Of a stretch of DNA of 64,000 nt, positions 1-14,159 are shown in pieces; within the stretch, counting starts at the first letter, position 1, and each line of letters starts with the position of its first letter. The translations under genes and the position numbers were made by a program. Location of the stretch: NCBI GenBank assembly GCA_026770705.1, contig JANJGN010000026.1, forward strand, positions 5,890,001 through 5,954,000, in the 5' to 3' direction. The notes below the pieces were generated by a model. It had not been told where the DNA came from, searched no databases, and worked only from the letters and a program-made list of their open reading frames with translations. This stretch comes from Isurus oxyrinchus. Taxonomy: Eukaryota.

Positions 1-639
1 TTCAGCGGAATATCAGGTTGTTCAAAATGCTTAAATGATTTAAGCAGCAGAACTTTCAGAAACATTTTTTTTATTTAATTACTTCTTTTGTATATAATAA
101 ATAACATTTTTACCAATTGGTTTTCGGATAATTACGCTTCTGTCTTATATCATTCGTGAATATTTTTAAAATAAACTTGTTTTGAGCTGAAGATAATCAA
201 CAATTGACAGTTGATCTGATTTTGCTGCCATGAACACCACTTTGAAACTAGTGAGGCGTTTATGTAAATAAACACAGAAATAGAAGCCTCAGAATAGAAT
301 ATTGAGCGACAGAAATACTATAGATGTTTCCCCACCAACAGAAGATAGAAATGTCAACAGAGAGAAATGCAAATCACACAAAGGATTTCAGTAATGATTG
401 ATATTTGGAATAACAATATAAAGATGATATCTGTATTCAAAACTGGCGAAGACTCCTTTGATCCCTGTATATAGCAGCATTGAAAATGTGTTTGCGGAGT
501 TTCCTGCATTCTATCCCGCTCTGCCTCCCTTCCACTCCTATCCCAGTCGTGCCTTGGCTCTCTTTAATGTGTCATGGTATTTAACTCATGACATGAAGTT
601 AGTATCTTACCAAAGTATATTCCCAGCCCTATTCATTGA

Positions 640-1030
640 CTGTTAACCAAATAGATGGCTGTTCACAGAAGGAGCTTAAATCTAAAATGTGCCTGTTGCA
701 CTCAACAACGTGGGAGTATTTAATGAGACAGTCTAGAGAGACCACGACTCTGCATATTAACATTCCTTTACCTTCCTGTGAGTGATATATGGGACACTGT
801 AGAGGGATCTTTATTCTGAATCTCATGGTGTTGTATCATCCGTGGGAGCCTTCGACTGAATCATATGTCTATGCAGTGCCATACATGTCCTGCAAGTGTT
901 TGTCTGGATAGTTTACAGAGAGCTTTACTCTGTCCCTCACCCCGGAATTTGGCAATGAAGAGGCAGCTTTACTCTGTGCCTGAACTGCCCTGTATTTGTC
1001 CTTAGGAGTGTTTCGTTTTATTTCGGATTC
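640..1030. repeat. degenerate ~60-bp elasmobranch-type minisatellite
   Basis: Units like GGGACAGTGTAGAGGGAGCTTTACTCTG...CTGGGAGTGTTTGAT. Related copies occur at about 16150-16450 and inverted at about 47000-47100. Confidence 0.55.
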
Positions 1031-1549
1031 ACTGCATGAAATGGTGATCCAGACCGAATCCCTCATCACAGATGAAAAATATTTGGATGTTCACTTGAAG
1101 CAATGTTGCCTCAAGGGCTCTGGAGAAAAAGCTGGGAAATGGCAATAGACGCGATAGAACATTTCCAGCCATTATGGACAGGTTGTGAGGAATGCTCTCT
1201 TTCGGTGTGGCACATGTCTACCATTTTCAGATCCTATGAAGTGTGCTAAGGTCTCAGAACGTGTACAGTGGAGAGTAATCAGTTTGTTAACAGAGATCAG
1301 CACCTTTTGTAAAAACGATAAATTGGACAAATTATGAGCATTCTGTTTGTGATAAAGAAGATTAAGCAATAACCTCATCGCTGTTTCTGAGATGATGAGA
1401 GGTTTTGAGAGAATTAGCAGAGATAACCAATTCCTTCTGTTAATTGCGTCAATACCCAGTGAACATAGATTTAAATATATATATATGTATAATTTATTAG
1501 CAGAATTGTAAACGGGCGATGAAGAGAAATGTTTCGCTAGCAACTGGTT

Positions 1550-2060
1550 CCCTTTACATTACACCAGATCCTGCCTCAATTGTGACTCTATGAGTTCAAG
1601 TCGCAGTTTTAGTTTGGCTCAAACCTGTGAAATTTTTGGATACTTAAAATGGTATTTGCATTTGTATTACACTAGGCTCCACCACAGTTATGACTGTGCT
1701 AAACAAATCTTTGTTTCAGATCGGCCCCCGCATCAGTTATTACTACATCAGAGCATTTCTCTATTTATATTATAAAACTCTCTGTTTCAGTTATTAGTGA
1801 ACCATACCCCGTGTCTGCTTATTTCGCTCTGGAACATTTCTCAGTTAGTACTATACCAGGGTATGTGTGTGTTAGTATTACACTAGATCCTGTCTCTGTT
1901 GTTACTGCACTGGAGACTGTCTCTATTTATAATCTTTTACACTATGATTCTATTAAAATTACACTAGAGAATATATCTGTTCATATTTTACAATGGGCCG
2001 TTTCTCAGATATTAATGCCCTATGTTATGTTTCTGTTCAGTTAACATTTTACCAGCACCA
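1550..2060. repeat. degenerate ~28-30-bp minisatellite
   Basis: Recurring units like TATTACACTAGATCCTGTCTCT. Confidence 0.5.
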
Positions 2061-2479
2061 GTAATCCCGAACATGGAAAATGTAATGGAAACTGATGAGG
2101 AAATAGTGAAGGTAACATGTAGCACAAGGCAGCACAAACATAAACAAATTCATTTTTATTTTATTGAATTTCATTGAGATTGGAAAGTGTTACATTCCAT
2201 TCCAAGTGACAGAATTACAGATATTTATTATGCTCACGTCAGCTGTAGATACAGTTACATTTTCAGCGTCTCTTGCACAGATCATCACACACTGCAGTGA
2301 CGCACAAGTGATCACTTGTCAACAAACAGAGAGAATGGTGGTTAAATGTCCTTTATTCTCCATGCGATTTAATCCACTTCTGAGCTCAATTCTGAGGGCA
2401 GTTAAACTAATTTTGGAATCTCAATAGGCACTTTCTACTCAAGAACTCTAAAATGACGTCAGCATCAGGACATTTTAAC

Positions 2480-2610
2480 GGTAATAGATGATCTGAAATA
2501 GCTAGATGGATAGATGGATGGATAGTTATATAGATATATAGAGAGACAGACAAACAGGTAGGTACGGAGTTAGATGGGTAGGCAGATAGATTGACCGAGA
2601 TATACAATAG
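2480..2610. repeat. degenerate (GATA/GGAT)n microsatellite
   Basis: tagatggatagatggatggatag... Confidence 0.6.
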
Positions 2611-3069
2611 CAAGGGTAATATAGACAGTTTAACTCTCAATAACCTTTTCAGTGTCTCGTATGATACAAACAGGCCGACGGTCTTGGCACATGAAAACAG
2701 CTGTATGCACCAATGCACTTCATCGAACAGGGTCAAGTGGAAATCACAAACTGAGAATTTGCCTTTTGCACTACTGTCTGAGGCAGCGTCTGTGTAATTT
2801 AAAGAAAGGCATCAACTAGTCATTACGTATCGAGACCATCCATTGTCTTGAATATCTCGGATAAAAACCCTCTTAACATCTTCCATTCCAAGGAAAAGAT
2901 CCAAGAACTCCAAAATCTTGTAACAGTCTGATCAATCTCCTCTTCATCCTCTCCACGGCCTTCTAATGCTTCATAAAACTTAATTCCCGGAATATTATGT
3001 ATAACACTCATGGAAACACAATGGGGAGTGCTTAAACAAATTTTGTTTTTAATCATTAACTAGGCTGGA

Positions 3070-3770
3070 GTATTTTTTCTCTATTTATCCTGGAGATGTG
3101 AGCGTCTCTGACAGGGCCAAAATTTCCACCCATGTTCAGTTTTCTTTGAGCTGAATAACTCGCTAAGCACTTTCAGAATCGAAGGATATTTAAGCGTCAA
3201 CCACATGCGGTGGGCGTGGAGTCACATTTTACCAGACTGGGGAAGGATGGCAGATTTACTTCACTGAAGGTTCATTAGTGAACAAGATGCGTTTACAACA
3301 ATAATAATTATAATCATCCTTCTCTATTTCCGTTTTTTTCATTCATGGGATTTCGGTGCTTTTGGCTAAACCAACATTCAATGGCCAATTTTAATTGTCA
3401 TTGTGAAGGTGATGATGAACAAACCTCGCATTCCGCTGCTGTCCACGTGTTGTAGGAACACCCAAATTGCTGCTAGGAAGGGAGTTACATGACTTGGACC
3501 CAAGGATAGTGAAGGAAGGAACAGGGACTTTCCAGTTGATGTTGTGACTGTGCTTCTGCAAATCTTGTCGCCTGGAGAATTTGAGAGTATTCCATCACTC
3601 TCCTGAAATGTGCCTTGCAGATAGTGGGCAGATTATTGCGGAATTCCCAGCTTCTTAACGGCTCTTGCATCAATTGAATTTAAGTTCCACCAGCTGCTGT
3701 GGTAAGATTTGAATCCACATCCCCAGAAGATGAGTCGGGCCTCTGGATGGCTAGGCTAGAGACATTAAAA
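3070..3770. mobile_element. SINE and LINE-tail fragments (same family as 49015-49660, 42160-42440, 52500-52830)
   Basis: Shared blocks such as gcgtcaaccacat..., ggaaggatggcagattt, ttgacccag..gacagtgaaggaa, and a tRNA-like antisense end (gatttgaatccacatccccag). Confidence 0.55.
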
Positions 3771-4789
3771 CAACAACGCCATGGACAGGCTATGTCTGAA
3801 TTAGGGTCCAGTGTAATATGACCAGAGATAGGGTCTAGTACAATATAGATGCAAAGCTGCTCCAGTAATAATCTGAAACATGTCCCAGTACATTAAAAAC
3901 TGTGAAAATTCGTTTGAAATATAAAGAGAAACAGTTCAGTACAGCAATAACTGAGAAAGCGCCTTATGTAACACAAACAGATATTTCATGAGTTCAACTT
4001 TGACCAAAGCTTTTGGGAATTTAAATTTAGTTAACAGTGTACATCTGAACTATTAAAAATCCATCCAGTATCAATAATGGGAAACGTACATCTTCAAGAG
4101 GCTTCAAAACACATCTGCTATATAAATGTCTGCTTCATAAATAAATGTCCCCGCTTTGCCTGTTTCTTTCTCGATGGCACTCCAGATAAAGAGCAAGGTG
4201 GTTAACTTTTAGTCTCCCTCTAAAGATTGTCAGTATGCAGTCATTTTTTATTAAACTGCTCCGAGAAAAAGCAGTATGAGCACAGTCAGAAAAGCCAAAC
4301 GGCATCAACCAACGCACATACAAAGATACAGGCCGTCCATAAAATTCTATAAAACTCTATAAAATTCTCCACACTAACATCCGAGAAACACTGACTGCGG
4401 ACTGGCTTAAAATCTGCCTGACCTAGTCATGGTCAATGTTAATACCTTCCCACCAATATCCCCATGTTTGATTGACCCACAAGAGATGGCGGGACATTAG
4501 TTGGGAAGTGTTGCCGCTGCGGGTCCTGATGATTGACTACAGGAGTCGTGAAATTTCATGGCAGCAGATCAGGCAAGGGTGGAAAATCTTCTTCCTAATT
4601 ACGATCATTTTTCCTACCTTACATAATGAATCAGTGCGTCATCATGTTGAACACAATTTTGGAGAAACATGGAGAGCAGCAAAGGGAACGGAACTTCAAT
4701 GCGCATCAGCAATAATGGCTCGATACCAATGCTACTGACTAACGTGGCCGAGTCATGAAGGGCGTAGATACCAGGCCGGCCCTCGGAAG

Positions 4790-6290
4790 GTGGTTAGAGA
4801 AGACAACGGGAGAACTTACTGGAGATGGCACTCATTAATCAACCTGGCACACTTATGTTTCTCCACGACAATATTGGTGAGCGTGTCCACCACACTATTA
4901 TTTTGGATACAAAGACCCATCTTCAGACTGAAAGCACCGCCCATCACGTTGTGTGAATAGATTTAGAGAATATTTGGCAGTTAATGTGCATCATTGAGGC
5001 CATTAGCATGAGCAAAATTCTTACTGCCCCAATATATGGGATGTATAACCCTCACTCTACCATTACGATGAAACCAGCTGATCAACTATTGTTCAATGAT
5101 GAGTTCAGAAGAGCAGGACATATGCAGCAACAGGCGTAGCTAAAAATGGGGTGCCAGCCTGATCAAGCTGCAACATGTTGAAAAATGCCAAACAAATCCT
5201 ACCCGGTCCACTGATCCTCAGTCATTCTACTCTCAGCCATCAGCACCCTGATGGAAGGTGTCATTGACAGAGCAATCAAACAGCAGCTTATCACCAACAA
5301 GCTGCTCACCAATGCGTAAGTTAAGATTCACCAGGGCCTTTCAGTTCCCGACTACATCACGTTGTTGAGTTGAACAAAGACAAACAGATGAATTTCTAAT
5401 ATGAGAGTTGCTGCACTTGACATCAAGGTATTAGTTGACAGGGTATGGCAACAAAGGTTCCTTATCAGCATTGAAGTAACTGAGAATCACTGGGAAAAGT
5501 TTCCTTTCAATGGAACCATTCCTAACACAAAGGAAAATGTTTGTTGTTGATGGAGGGCAAAAACCCCACGCCAGAGCATCGATTCAGAGCTCCTCAGGCC
5601 CAGCCATCTTCAGTTGCTTCATTTAAATAATCATGTCAGAAGCCACGATGTTCACTAATATTGGCACAATTTTAAGTAACATTCACGATTCCTCAGAGGC
5701 TGAAGAAATTCATGCCTCCATGCAGGAAAAATAAACACGTGGACAACATTCAACCTTTGGCTGATGAGTCGAAAGTGACATTCGATGTTGCAAGTGCCAG
5801 ACAATGACCAAATCCAACAAGAGAGAATCTGACCATCGCCCATTGATATTCTGTTACATCATCATCGCGGAATCCCTCACCAGCAACATTCCAGGGGCCA
5901 CAGCAGAAAATAAAGTTAATTGAACCAGCAATAATGAGGAATTTAGAACAGGCCAGAGGCAGCACATTGTTTGGCAAGTGACGCATCTCCTGACTTCCCG
6001 AAGCCTGTTCGCCATGTCCATGCAAACGTAAGGAAAGTGATTGAATATCCCAACTTGCCTGGATAAGGCCATTTCCAACAATACACTTTCAGACTATGCC
6101 CCAGGAACAACATTTTCTTCCCCTGACTGATAGCACCTAAAAGAACAAGTGTAGCCGACTCAAGGAAAGACCAACACCAGAAGTTCCCCTCAAGTTCAAA
6201 AGCAATGTTGGCCTGGAAATATATCATCTTTTCTTCACTGTCGCTGGTTAAAAAGCCTGAAACTCAATATCTAACAGGAATGAATCATAG
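4790..6290 (+). mobile_element. decayed L2/CR1-clade LINE (RT and 3' end)
   Basis: Remnants of RT motifs (AALDIK..DRVW..G; degenerate FADD region) and the 3' block matching the inverted fragment at 49060-49660. Confidence 0.7.
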
Positions 6291-6489
6291 GGTCGTAGAA
6301 ATCTATAGCACAGAAGAAGGGCGTTATTTCCAGCGAACAAGCAGCAACCACCCTGGCCCAACTTTATAGCTCTTGTTCTGTAACTATTAGGTTGTTTCAC
6401 TTCAAGTTTCTACAACCCTTTCACATCATGACTTTTAGATTCCCATCATACGCTGGAAGAAAACATTTGCCGTGATCTATTCACACTGG

Positions 6490-7440
6490 GATGAAGGAGT
6501 CGACTGTGCTGTAGCCGAATTTGCTGATGATAGAATATTAGAAAGGAAATCAAGTTCCAAGGAGGATGCAAATAGGCCGCAATAACATGTAGGTATGTTA
6601 AGTAAGTGTGCTAAAGTTTGGCACATGGAATATAAGGTTGCAAAATATGAGTTTACCTAATTTTGCAGGATAAGTCGAAAGGCAACATAATATTTAAATT
6701 GAGAGGCTGCAGAATTATTCAGTGCAGAGAGATCAGCGTGTCTTTGTACACGGATCACAAAAGGCACGCAGGCACAGCAAGGAATTAGGGAGGCAAATAG
6801 AATAATGGTTTTTATTGCAAGGGTATGGACTTTTGAAACAGAGAATTATTGATATAATTGGACTTGCCATCGCTGAGAAACCACCTGGAATATTGAGTAA
6901 ATTTGTGGTCTCTGCAAATAGAAATATGCGTACATCGGAATCAATTCAGAGGATGTTCACTAGGCTGATGCCTGGGAGGAAGGGGTTTTCTTATGAGGAA
7001 GAGTCGAGCAGATTACACGTGTACTTACTAAAGAGTAGAGGATAGCGAGGTGATATCATTGAAATCTCAAAGATTCTGAGGGGGTTTTACAGAGTAAATG
7101 CTGAGAACAGGTTTCCACTTCGCAGGGGAATGTGCAACTAAGGGGCAGGGATTCAAAATCGGTGTTCTTGCATTTAAGGCGCAGATGAGTGGGAATCTTT
7201 TTTCTCAGAGAGTCATTAATCTCTGGACTTCACCTCCTCAGAAAGTGCTGGAGGCTGTGTCATTCAATATATTCATGACTGAGTTGGACAAAGTTCTGAT
7301 CAACATGAGATTGAAGGGTTATGGGATGCAGGCAGGGAAATGGAGTTGTGGCCAGAATCAGATCAGCTTTGATATTCTTGAATGCTGAGCAGGCTCGATG
7401 GGCTGAATGACCTAATCCTCCGCCTATTTTTTATGATCCT
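6490..7440 (+). mobile_element. CR1 LINE, 5'-truncated
   Basis: AEFADD motif, RPHLEY-like and QRMFTRLMPG...SYEE, FSQRVINLW, and a typical CR1 3' UTR. Confidence 0.85.
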
Positions 7441-7444
7441 GCCA

Positions 7445-8690
7445 TAACCTTTACCAGGGCGAAATTGGTCTCTGTAGCTCCACTCTCTAGATCCTTCATA
7501 GTTTATACAGTTCAGTCATATCTTCCCTCAGTCTCCTTTGTTCAAAAGTAATCAAACCTATCCTATCCTCCCCAATAGTCAATCTCCTGCAGTTGAGGTA
7601 ATGTCATCGGAACTCTCCTCTGTAACTTTTCTAGTCCAATCACATCCTTCCTACAGCCTCTGGCATAGAACCGCAAGGAATACTCTAACTCTGGCCTAAA
7701 TAGTATTTAAACAGTTCCACCAGAACGTCTCAACTCGTATTTTCTAAGCCTCGGATCATAAAAGCAAGAATCCCACTTGTTTCTTGATTACCTTTTCTAC
7801 CTGAGCAGGCACCTTCAGGAATCTCCGTGTTCTTTAGTCCTACTGTACTTTTCAGTGTCGTATCATTTATTGTTTAGTCCTTTTCCTTGTTAGCCTTCCT
7901 CAAATGCACTACCTCACAATCATCTTTATGCCATCTTTATGTCCAACTGACTAGTCGATGTCCTGCAGGCTACAGCTTTCTGCTTCATCCTTAATCACAC
8001 AGCCAATTTGTGTATGATCAAAAGCCTTCTTAATCATAAAACTTTTCAGTCATGTGTAAGTAAGTTCTATATGTAAGAAAAGGCAAGGGTCCTATTACTA
8101 AGGCCTGGAGAATACCACTCCCATTTGCAGAAACACCTATGTCATTCCCCGTTTGCTTTCTGGCTTTGAAACAATTTTGGATTTACCTAGACACTTTGCC
8201 TTGGATCATACAGGCTATCACTTTCGGAACCATTCCGCCATGTAGAACCTGATCGTTTTAAAATCCACATACACTACAACGAATGCACTGTACCCATCGA
8301 CACTCCTTATTACCTCTTCAAAAAAATAAACCATAGTAGTCAGATTTAGCCTTTTAACAGATTATTGCTATGCAGCTTTGATTAATCACTATCATTCCAA
8401 GTGTAGATGCATCCACTCCCTTAGAATTGACTTTTCCAATACAATCCCCAGCTTCGAGATCATGCTTACTGTCCTGTAATTACTCTGAATAACCCTTTCT
8501 ACGTTTTGAAGAAGGGCGCAAAGTCAGCTGTCCTCTCGCCCTGTCTCATTGCCTGGAGTTGCAAATAACTACAAAATGCTGGTCATTCCATCTTTTTCCC
8601 CCCGATAACAGCCGAGGATTCAGTTCGGGCGGGCCTTGGGCTTCATCCAGTTTCAAAGTTGTTAAACTCCTTAATACTTTCAAGAAGGTA
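7445..8690 (-). mobile_element. decayed CR1 LINE fragment
   Basis: Antisense CR1 RT remnants similar to 19785-20975. Confidence 0.65.
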
Positions 8691-10777
8691 GCGCATCGCC
8701 ATTTCTCAAGGAGAATTGGGAATGGGCATAGATATTTGACTTAACAACTATTCCAAATCAGGCAATAAAAAAAAAATAGGTAAAGCATTAGAGACTGTCT
8801 AATGTAATATAAACCATCTATGGCCATCCATACATTACACCAGGCCCTTTTTCACTTATTGCTGCCTCAGGCAATGCTGGTTTGTATAACTTCAGCAAGC
8901 CATTATACACCACCACCTGGTGGCCAACCATTGCCATTGCTGCTATCGTGAAGACGTCGACCTTCGTACTGTTGTTGATAGAAACGTGTCAAGAAATAAA
9001 TTTGCATTTATATTCCACTTCAACGCATTTTTAATTAAAGGGAAATCAATACTGTAAAAATAACTGGTGAAGTAAATCCAATTCTGTGGCTGTAACTTGC
9101 AAACATTAGGAATGCTGTGTTTTGTATGGGCATACACTCAAAGACACAAATATACGCATAGACACATGTTTAGGCTCGGCAGTACAAGCAGTAGCCACGG
9201 AAAACCTGAATGTAAAGGCCTTCAAGAAAAAAAAATCCTTAACATTAAAACTCTGTGTGCAATTACCACAACAGAGGCTTCCATTAATCAGAAACTACAG
9301 TGCACCTTGACTCACCTTTCCTTCTGCCCCTCAATCCAGTTCAACTTTCCGAGATTGTCACAAAATTCGACCAGTCCTTTCCAGAAAACTGTTACCCACA
9401 TAACACCAGAGCAATGGGAAATTGCACACAGCTTCTGATGGCTGTGACCAAGACTAAACGCATATTTCAATCAAATAAATTCCATCCTCCCACCCAGTCA
9501 AATATATATATTTAATTACTATGAGATAAACTCTCCCTTCATCCACTCGTCTTTTAATCTAACACACACAAAAAATTACAGTATCAGAATAGCTAACATT
9601 GACCATAGACTAATATGAACTAAGGTGGCATTCAGTGCTTTCATTACTGAAAAGGGGCCTTAATTAAGATAAGCAACGATATGCTGTCCTGCACAATGAG
9701 CACATTAGAGCACGAATAATTATGTCAGACCCATTCGAATATAAACACGGATATGGTCTCATGCAATATATAAGGAGTCATTATATAGTGCAGGAATAAC
9801 CGAGGAAACGTCTAGTTTGCTATAAATAAATGGGTGCAATATAAACTGACTAATGCTTTAGTAGAAATAACTTAAAAAGGGCCCAGTGTAAAGTATGGAT
9901 GGACAAAGAGTTTCTTGCACTAATATCCGTGACTGGGCGCAATATAATATGGACGATGACATGGTCAGGTTATGGCCTATCAAAGCCCTTCGGAAACTTG
10001 AAGCCCGCTTTCAAAACATCTCCTAACTTTTTCTGCTCTAGGATACCACTTCTATGGTTTGTCCACATAACGAAAGCCCCTCATCCCGTTCTGGTAAATC
10101 CTCCGACAGCATCTTCGGAACCCGAGAGCTCTGCTACATAGAAGGACAAGGACAACAAGTGAATGAGAGCCCCAACACCTACAACTGCCGCTTCAAGCCA
10201 CACACAGTATTCTGAATTGGATTTTTTTTCCTTCGTTGTTATTGAGTAAAATTCCCAGAGCTGCCTTCCCACCAGCACTGTTATTGGATTTGTGGCACAC
10301 ACACTAGAGCGTTCCAAGGTGGCTCACCAACACATTCTCCAGGGCATTTAGGTATGGCTAATAAATGTCGGCATTAACAGAGATGTCAACTTTCGTGAAT
10401 GAAGTAAAGCTAGTAATAATTGAGTGAAGGTTTGCTGTGATATAAACATAGACATGCCATGGAGCAGTAATAATTGACGCAGTTTGTGTATGTTTTCATG
10501 GAATCAATCACGAAATAACAGCCATCTGGTGACGAAAGATTGTCATTGCTTTTACTGTCAAATGCCGTTATCAGTTATTGTTTCTCATATTAACGCATGT
10601 AGAAACAAGCCACAATGATATACAAGATCATTACGTTCTGCAGGTGGCCACAAAGGATAAAAATGTTAAGAATTCCAGATGAGTGCACGTTTTTCGCACA
10701 AGGAAACATTAGCAAAAGAACAAAGTGGTTCAAATCCTCTGAATTGATATTAATGTGTAAAAACATTTGATCAGGGA

Positions 10778-10965
10778 ACGCGTGTGCGTCTGTATGTGTG
10801 CTTGCGTGCGCGCGCGCGCGCGTGTGTGTGCGTGTGTGTATGACTGTGTGTGCGCGTGCGTGTGTTTATGCCTGTGTGTGTGTATATCTGTGTGTCTGCG
10901 CGTGTGTGTGCGTGTGTTGTGTGTGTGTGTGTGTGCGTACGTGGCTGTGTGTGTGTGTGTTTGTC
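10778..10965. repeat. (TG/CG)n microsatellite
   Basis: Alternating purine-pyrimidine tract including a pure (CG)n run. Confidence 0.95.
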
Positions 10966-11409
10966 TGAAACACATCATTCGTAATGTTTCTATGCGAATT
11001 CCGTAAAGATAAATTATTATGTTTTCCACTTATGTTTCAACATTTTATTTCTTTTGATTCAAAATATAATTTTAGGTCATGCATTGATGATTCTTTCATT
11101 TTGTGCTCATTTTTAGATCGCATTGTCCCATTCTGTTCCCAAGGCAATGTTTGTCTGTCTTCAGAATTCATTTGGAAACATGGTTAAATCGGAGCACGCA
11201 TAATGAATATTAACACATTATTCTTTGTGACTCTGTTAGTTGATCATCCCAGCAACACATAGAAGCACTGAATATATACCTTGACCATGTAATGATTTTG
11301 GCATGTTACAGTAAATGTGAACATCTCACTACACCTGACCTAAGATTAATAAAATTGTATGCCAATAGACCTATTATTAGCTTCACATAGATTGAAATTG
11401 AATACTAAT

Positions 11410-12750
11410 CAATAACAACTTGCATATATAAATGTCTTTTAATGTCGCCAATCGCCCCAAGGAGACTCACAGGACCATGCAAAGACCAAGTTTCATACCG
11501 AGCCACATAAGGAAACGCAAGGCCATATGACCATACATTACGTCAACCTTGTAGCTTTAGTGAGGGGCATAAAGGACGGGAGAGGAAGAAAGGATTTCTG
11601 AATGAGTTCCTGGCAGTTGACAGCAATTGATAAAATTCAGGAATGCAAATAATGTGAGAATTCGAGGAGGGAATAACTCTCGGAGGATTGAAAGGCTGAA
11701 GGAGCTGGCAGGGGCATGGAGGGAGGAGGCCATGGACGGAGTTTGAAAAAAAACTGCGATAATTTTATTACTGATGCATTATGTAATTACTTAACCGAGA
11801 GCCCAGGTAGGTCGGGTAGAACGGGGTTGATGGGCTAACGTGCCTTATGTGAATTAAGGTACGGGCAGAAGACTTTATGTTGAGTTCCTATTTATGGAAG
11901 GTGGCTTCTGGGAGGATAGTCACAAAACCATTGGAACATTCAGGTCTAGAGATGACAAAGGTATATCTGAGGGTTATAGCAACAGTTGTGATGAGGCTAT
12001 TGCTGAGGTGGGGGCCGTAATAGAGATGGTGGAGGTCATATATTTGAATGCGTTTTGGGCAAGAATCTCAGTTAATGGTCAGATCGGGCGCCAAACCTTG
12101 CGAATGATCTGGTTCATCTACAGATTGTGGTCATGGAGAGGGAGGTAATTAGTGGCGAGGGAATTAATTTTGTCGGGAGACGGAAGACAATGTGCTCATT
12201 TTTCCAGATGTTTAAATTGACAATATTTCTTCTTATCCTGTACTCGATGTTGAATGATCAGATTGGCAAATTAAAACCATGGAGGAGTTGGGAAATGCGG
12301 TGTTGACTTGGGGCTGGACATCATTAGCATACATATGAAGCTACGGGTACCTATGGATGATGTCACTGGCGAGCAGTATGTAGGTGAGAAATATAAGAGA
12401 GTGAATTCTGGATCCCAGTGGTACACCAGAGGCAACAGCGCGGTAGCGAGAAGGTAAACGATCAGGGATGCTTGTCTTACCAGACGAGTTTAGTTCTGCT
12501 CAGCTAGGAAACTGAAAGAATGAAACGGGGCTGGGGTTGGGGGGCGGTTGGAGTGGGAGAAGGAACTTGCGCATAACCATGTCAAAAGCTGCTGACAACT
12601 GTAGAAACTTGGGGATAGTTCCCCTGTCACAAACACAACGCTTCTTATTTGTGTCTTTAATAAACGCACTTTAGTCCCCTGGCAGTGCCACAACCAGATA
12701 GGAGGGGTTCAGAAATAAGGTGCTGGATCGTGTATGAATAGATTGGGGAG
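11410..12750 (-). mobile_element. decayed L2-type LINE
   Basis: Starts with the antisense L2 tail (aacaacttgcat.tata...ttt aa...cccaagg...cacagg). Antisense YADD-like gacatcattagcatacatatgaa at about 12317-12340. Confidence 0.65.
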
Positions 12751-12899
12751 GCAACAACAAATTTCCGTGAATTACACTCTATTTGTTTCTGCACAGTCAC
12801 ACTTTCGTGTTAATATTACTTACATTGTTTTTCCCCAATATTTTCCAAGAAATACTTCGCTGGGCCCATTGATATTTAACCGCTTTATTACTTAAGCTT

Positions 12900-13670
12900 G
12901 GACATAGATTCGCTACTGCAGAACAGTCCTAGCTGGTATTTCCTAGCCCATCTGTGTCATGTACATTCAGAAACAGGGAATCATTCATTGGATTTATGCT
13001 CCCTCAGTTTTTGTGTAATATAGAACTGCAAAAAAGTAATCATTCAGAGATTTTGTGCTCCACTCATTGCCTGCATCATGTAGATCCAGAAACAGGGAAT
13101 AAATAATTTGATTTCTGCTCCCACGTCTGTCAGTGTCATATAGGACCAGTAACAATGCATCAAACATAGAGCTTGTGTTCGCATGAACGCCTGTTCATTT
13201 CCGCCCCTCATGTGGAGATAATGCTCAAGGCTTATAATTCAAGATGTGCCTGAGTAACATTTGCCCCGCCACTGCGAATCATTAATAGGGTTTTCGCTTC
13301 AAGGACACTTCGTAGCAGATAATCCCTGCACCTAGAAGCAACTAGATTGTCATGTGTCAGATAGATCCAGGTTCTGGGGATAATTCCTAGCGTTTGTGTT
13401 CTCTGGTGAGTTGGCTGCACCCAGGTGTTTGATACTAACCCCAGGATTTATGCTTCCTAATGCTTCTAATATTCTCCAGTCTCCAGGAATCACATCAAGG
13501 CGTTCTGCTCCCTGGAGCGTCAGATAGGCCCCAGGCTCAAGGATTCATTCCTTTGGTTTGTTCCCAATGGTGTGCCACAATTGCCCAATGCTCCGAGAAT
13601 CATTCCTAGAATTCACACACCTGGTCCCTTAGAGAGGTCACAGGTTCTAGGAATCAATCTCAATTTTTTA
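12900..13670. repeat. degenerate ~57-60-bp tandem repeats
   Basis: Recurring units like TAGATCCAG...GGAATCATTC...GATTTGTGCTCC. Confidence 0.55.
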
Positions 13671-14159
13671 TTCATTCGAAATTAACGTCCAATGGAGATG
13701 AGCCTGGACTGTTTGAGCATACTGTTGCTGGCAGATCTATGTATAAATAGGGTCCGTTCCTAATACCCGAGTTCTAGTTGGCTTTCTATCTCTGACTAGC
13801 GGACTGGAAACAGCTTGTTGAAGTTTCCGCACCACAGCCACAGATGTTTCCTGTAAATTGCAAAGTGATTTATCACTCCTCCCTGGGTTCCTGCCACTTT
13901 CTGTGTAGCAGAGATATGGGGTGAATGTGTTGTTCAACAAATTGGAATCAAATTCATCAGCTAATGAATCATTAGGCAATGTCAATCGAAATTGCGTTTC
14001 TTACGGGATGAGATTAAGGAAACTATGTTTCGCATATGACACGTGCAGAACAAAATAAACGCGACGGCAAAAGTGTCTCAGATGAAGCAGAAGAATTGTT
14101 ATCTCTCAGTTCTACATTGATAATTCAGGATTTTAATTTCAATACGTAGCATTATATAC

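Noticed and set aside
367-374. Octamer ATGCAAAT/ATTTGCAT sites (several across the window)
   Set aside because: Scattered in AT-rich or repeat DNA with no adjacent V leader, so chance occurrence is likely.
4135-4330. Possible V-like fragment and RSS (cacagtc...acaaagata)
   Set aside because: No YYC or W motif, and the spacer is about 32 nt rather than 12 or 23.
8879-8910. ggtttgtat...cattata as a D/J RSS
   Set aside because: Both heptamer and nonamer are too degenerate, and no WGxG follows.
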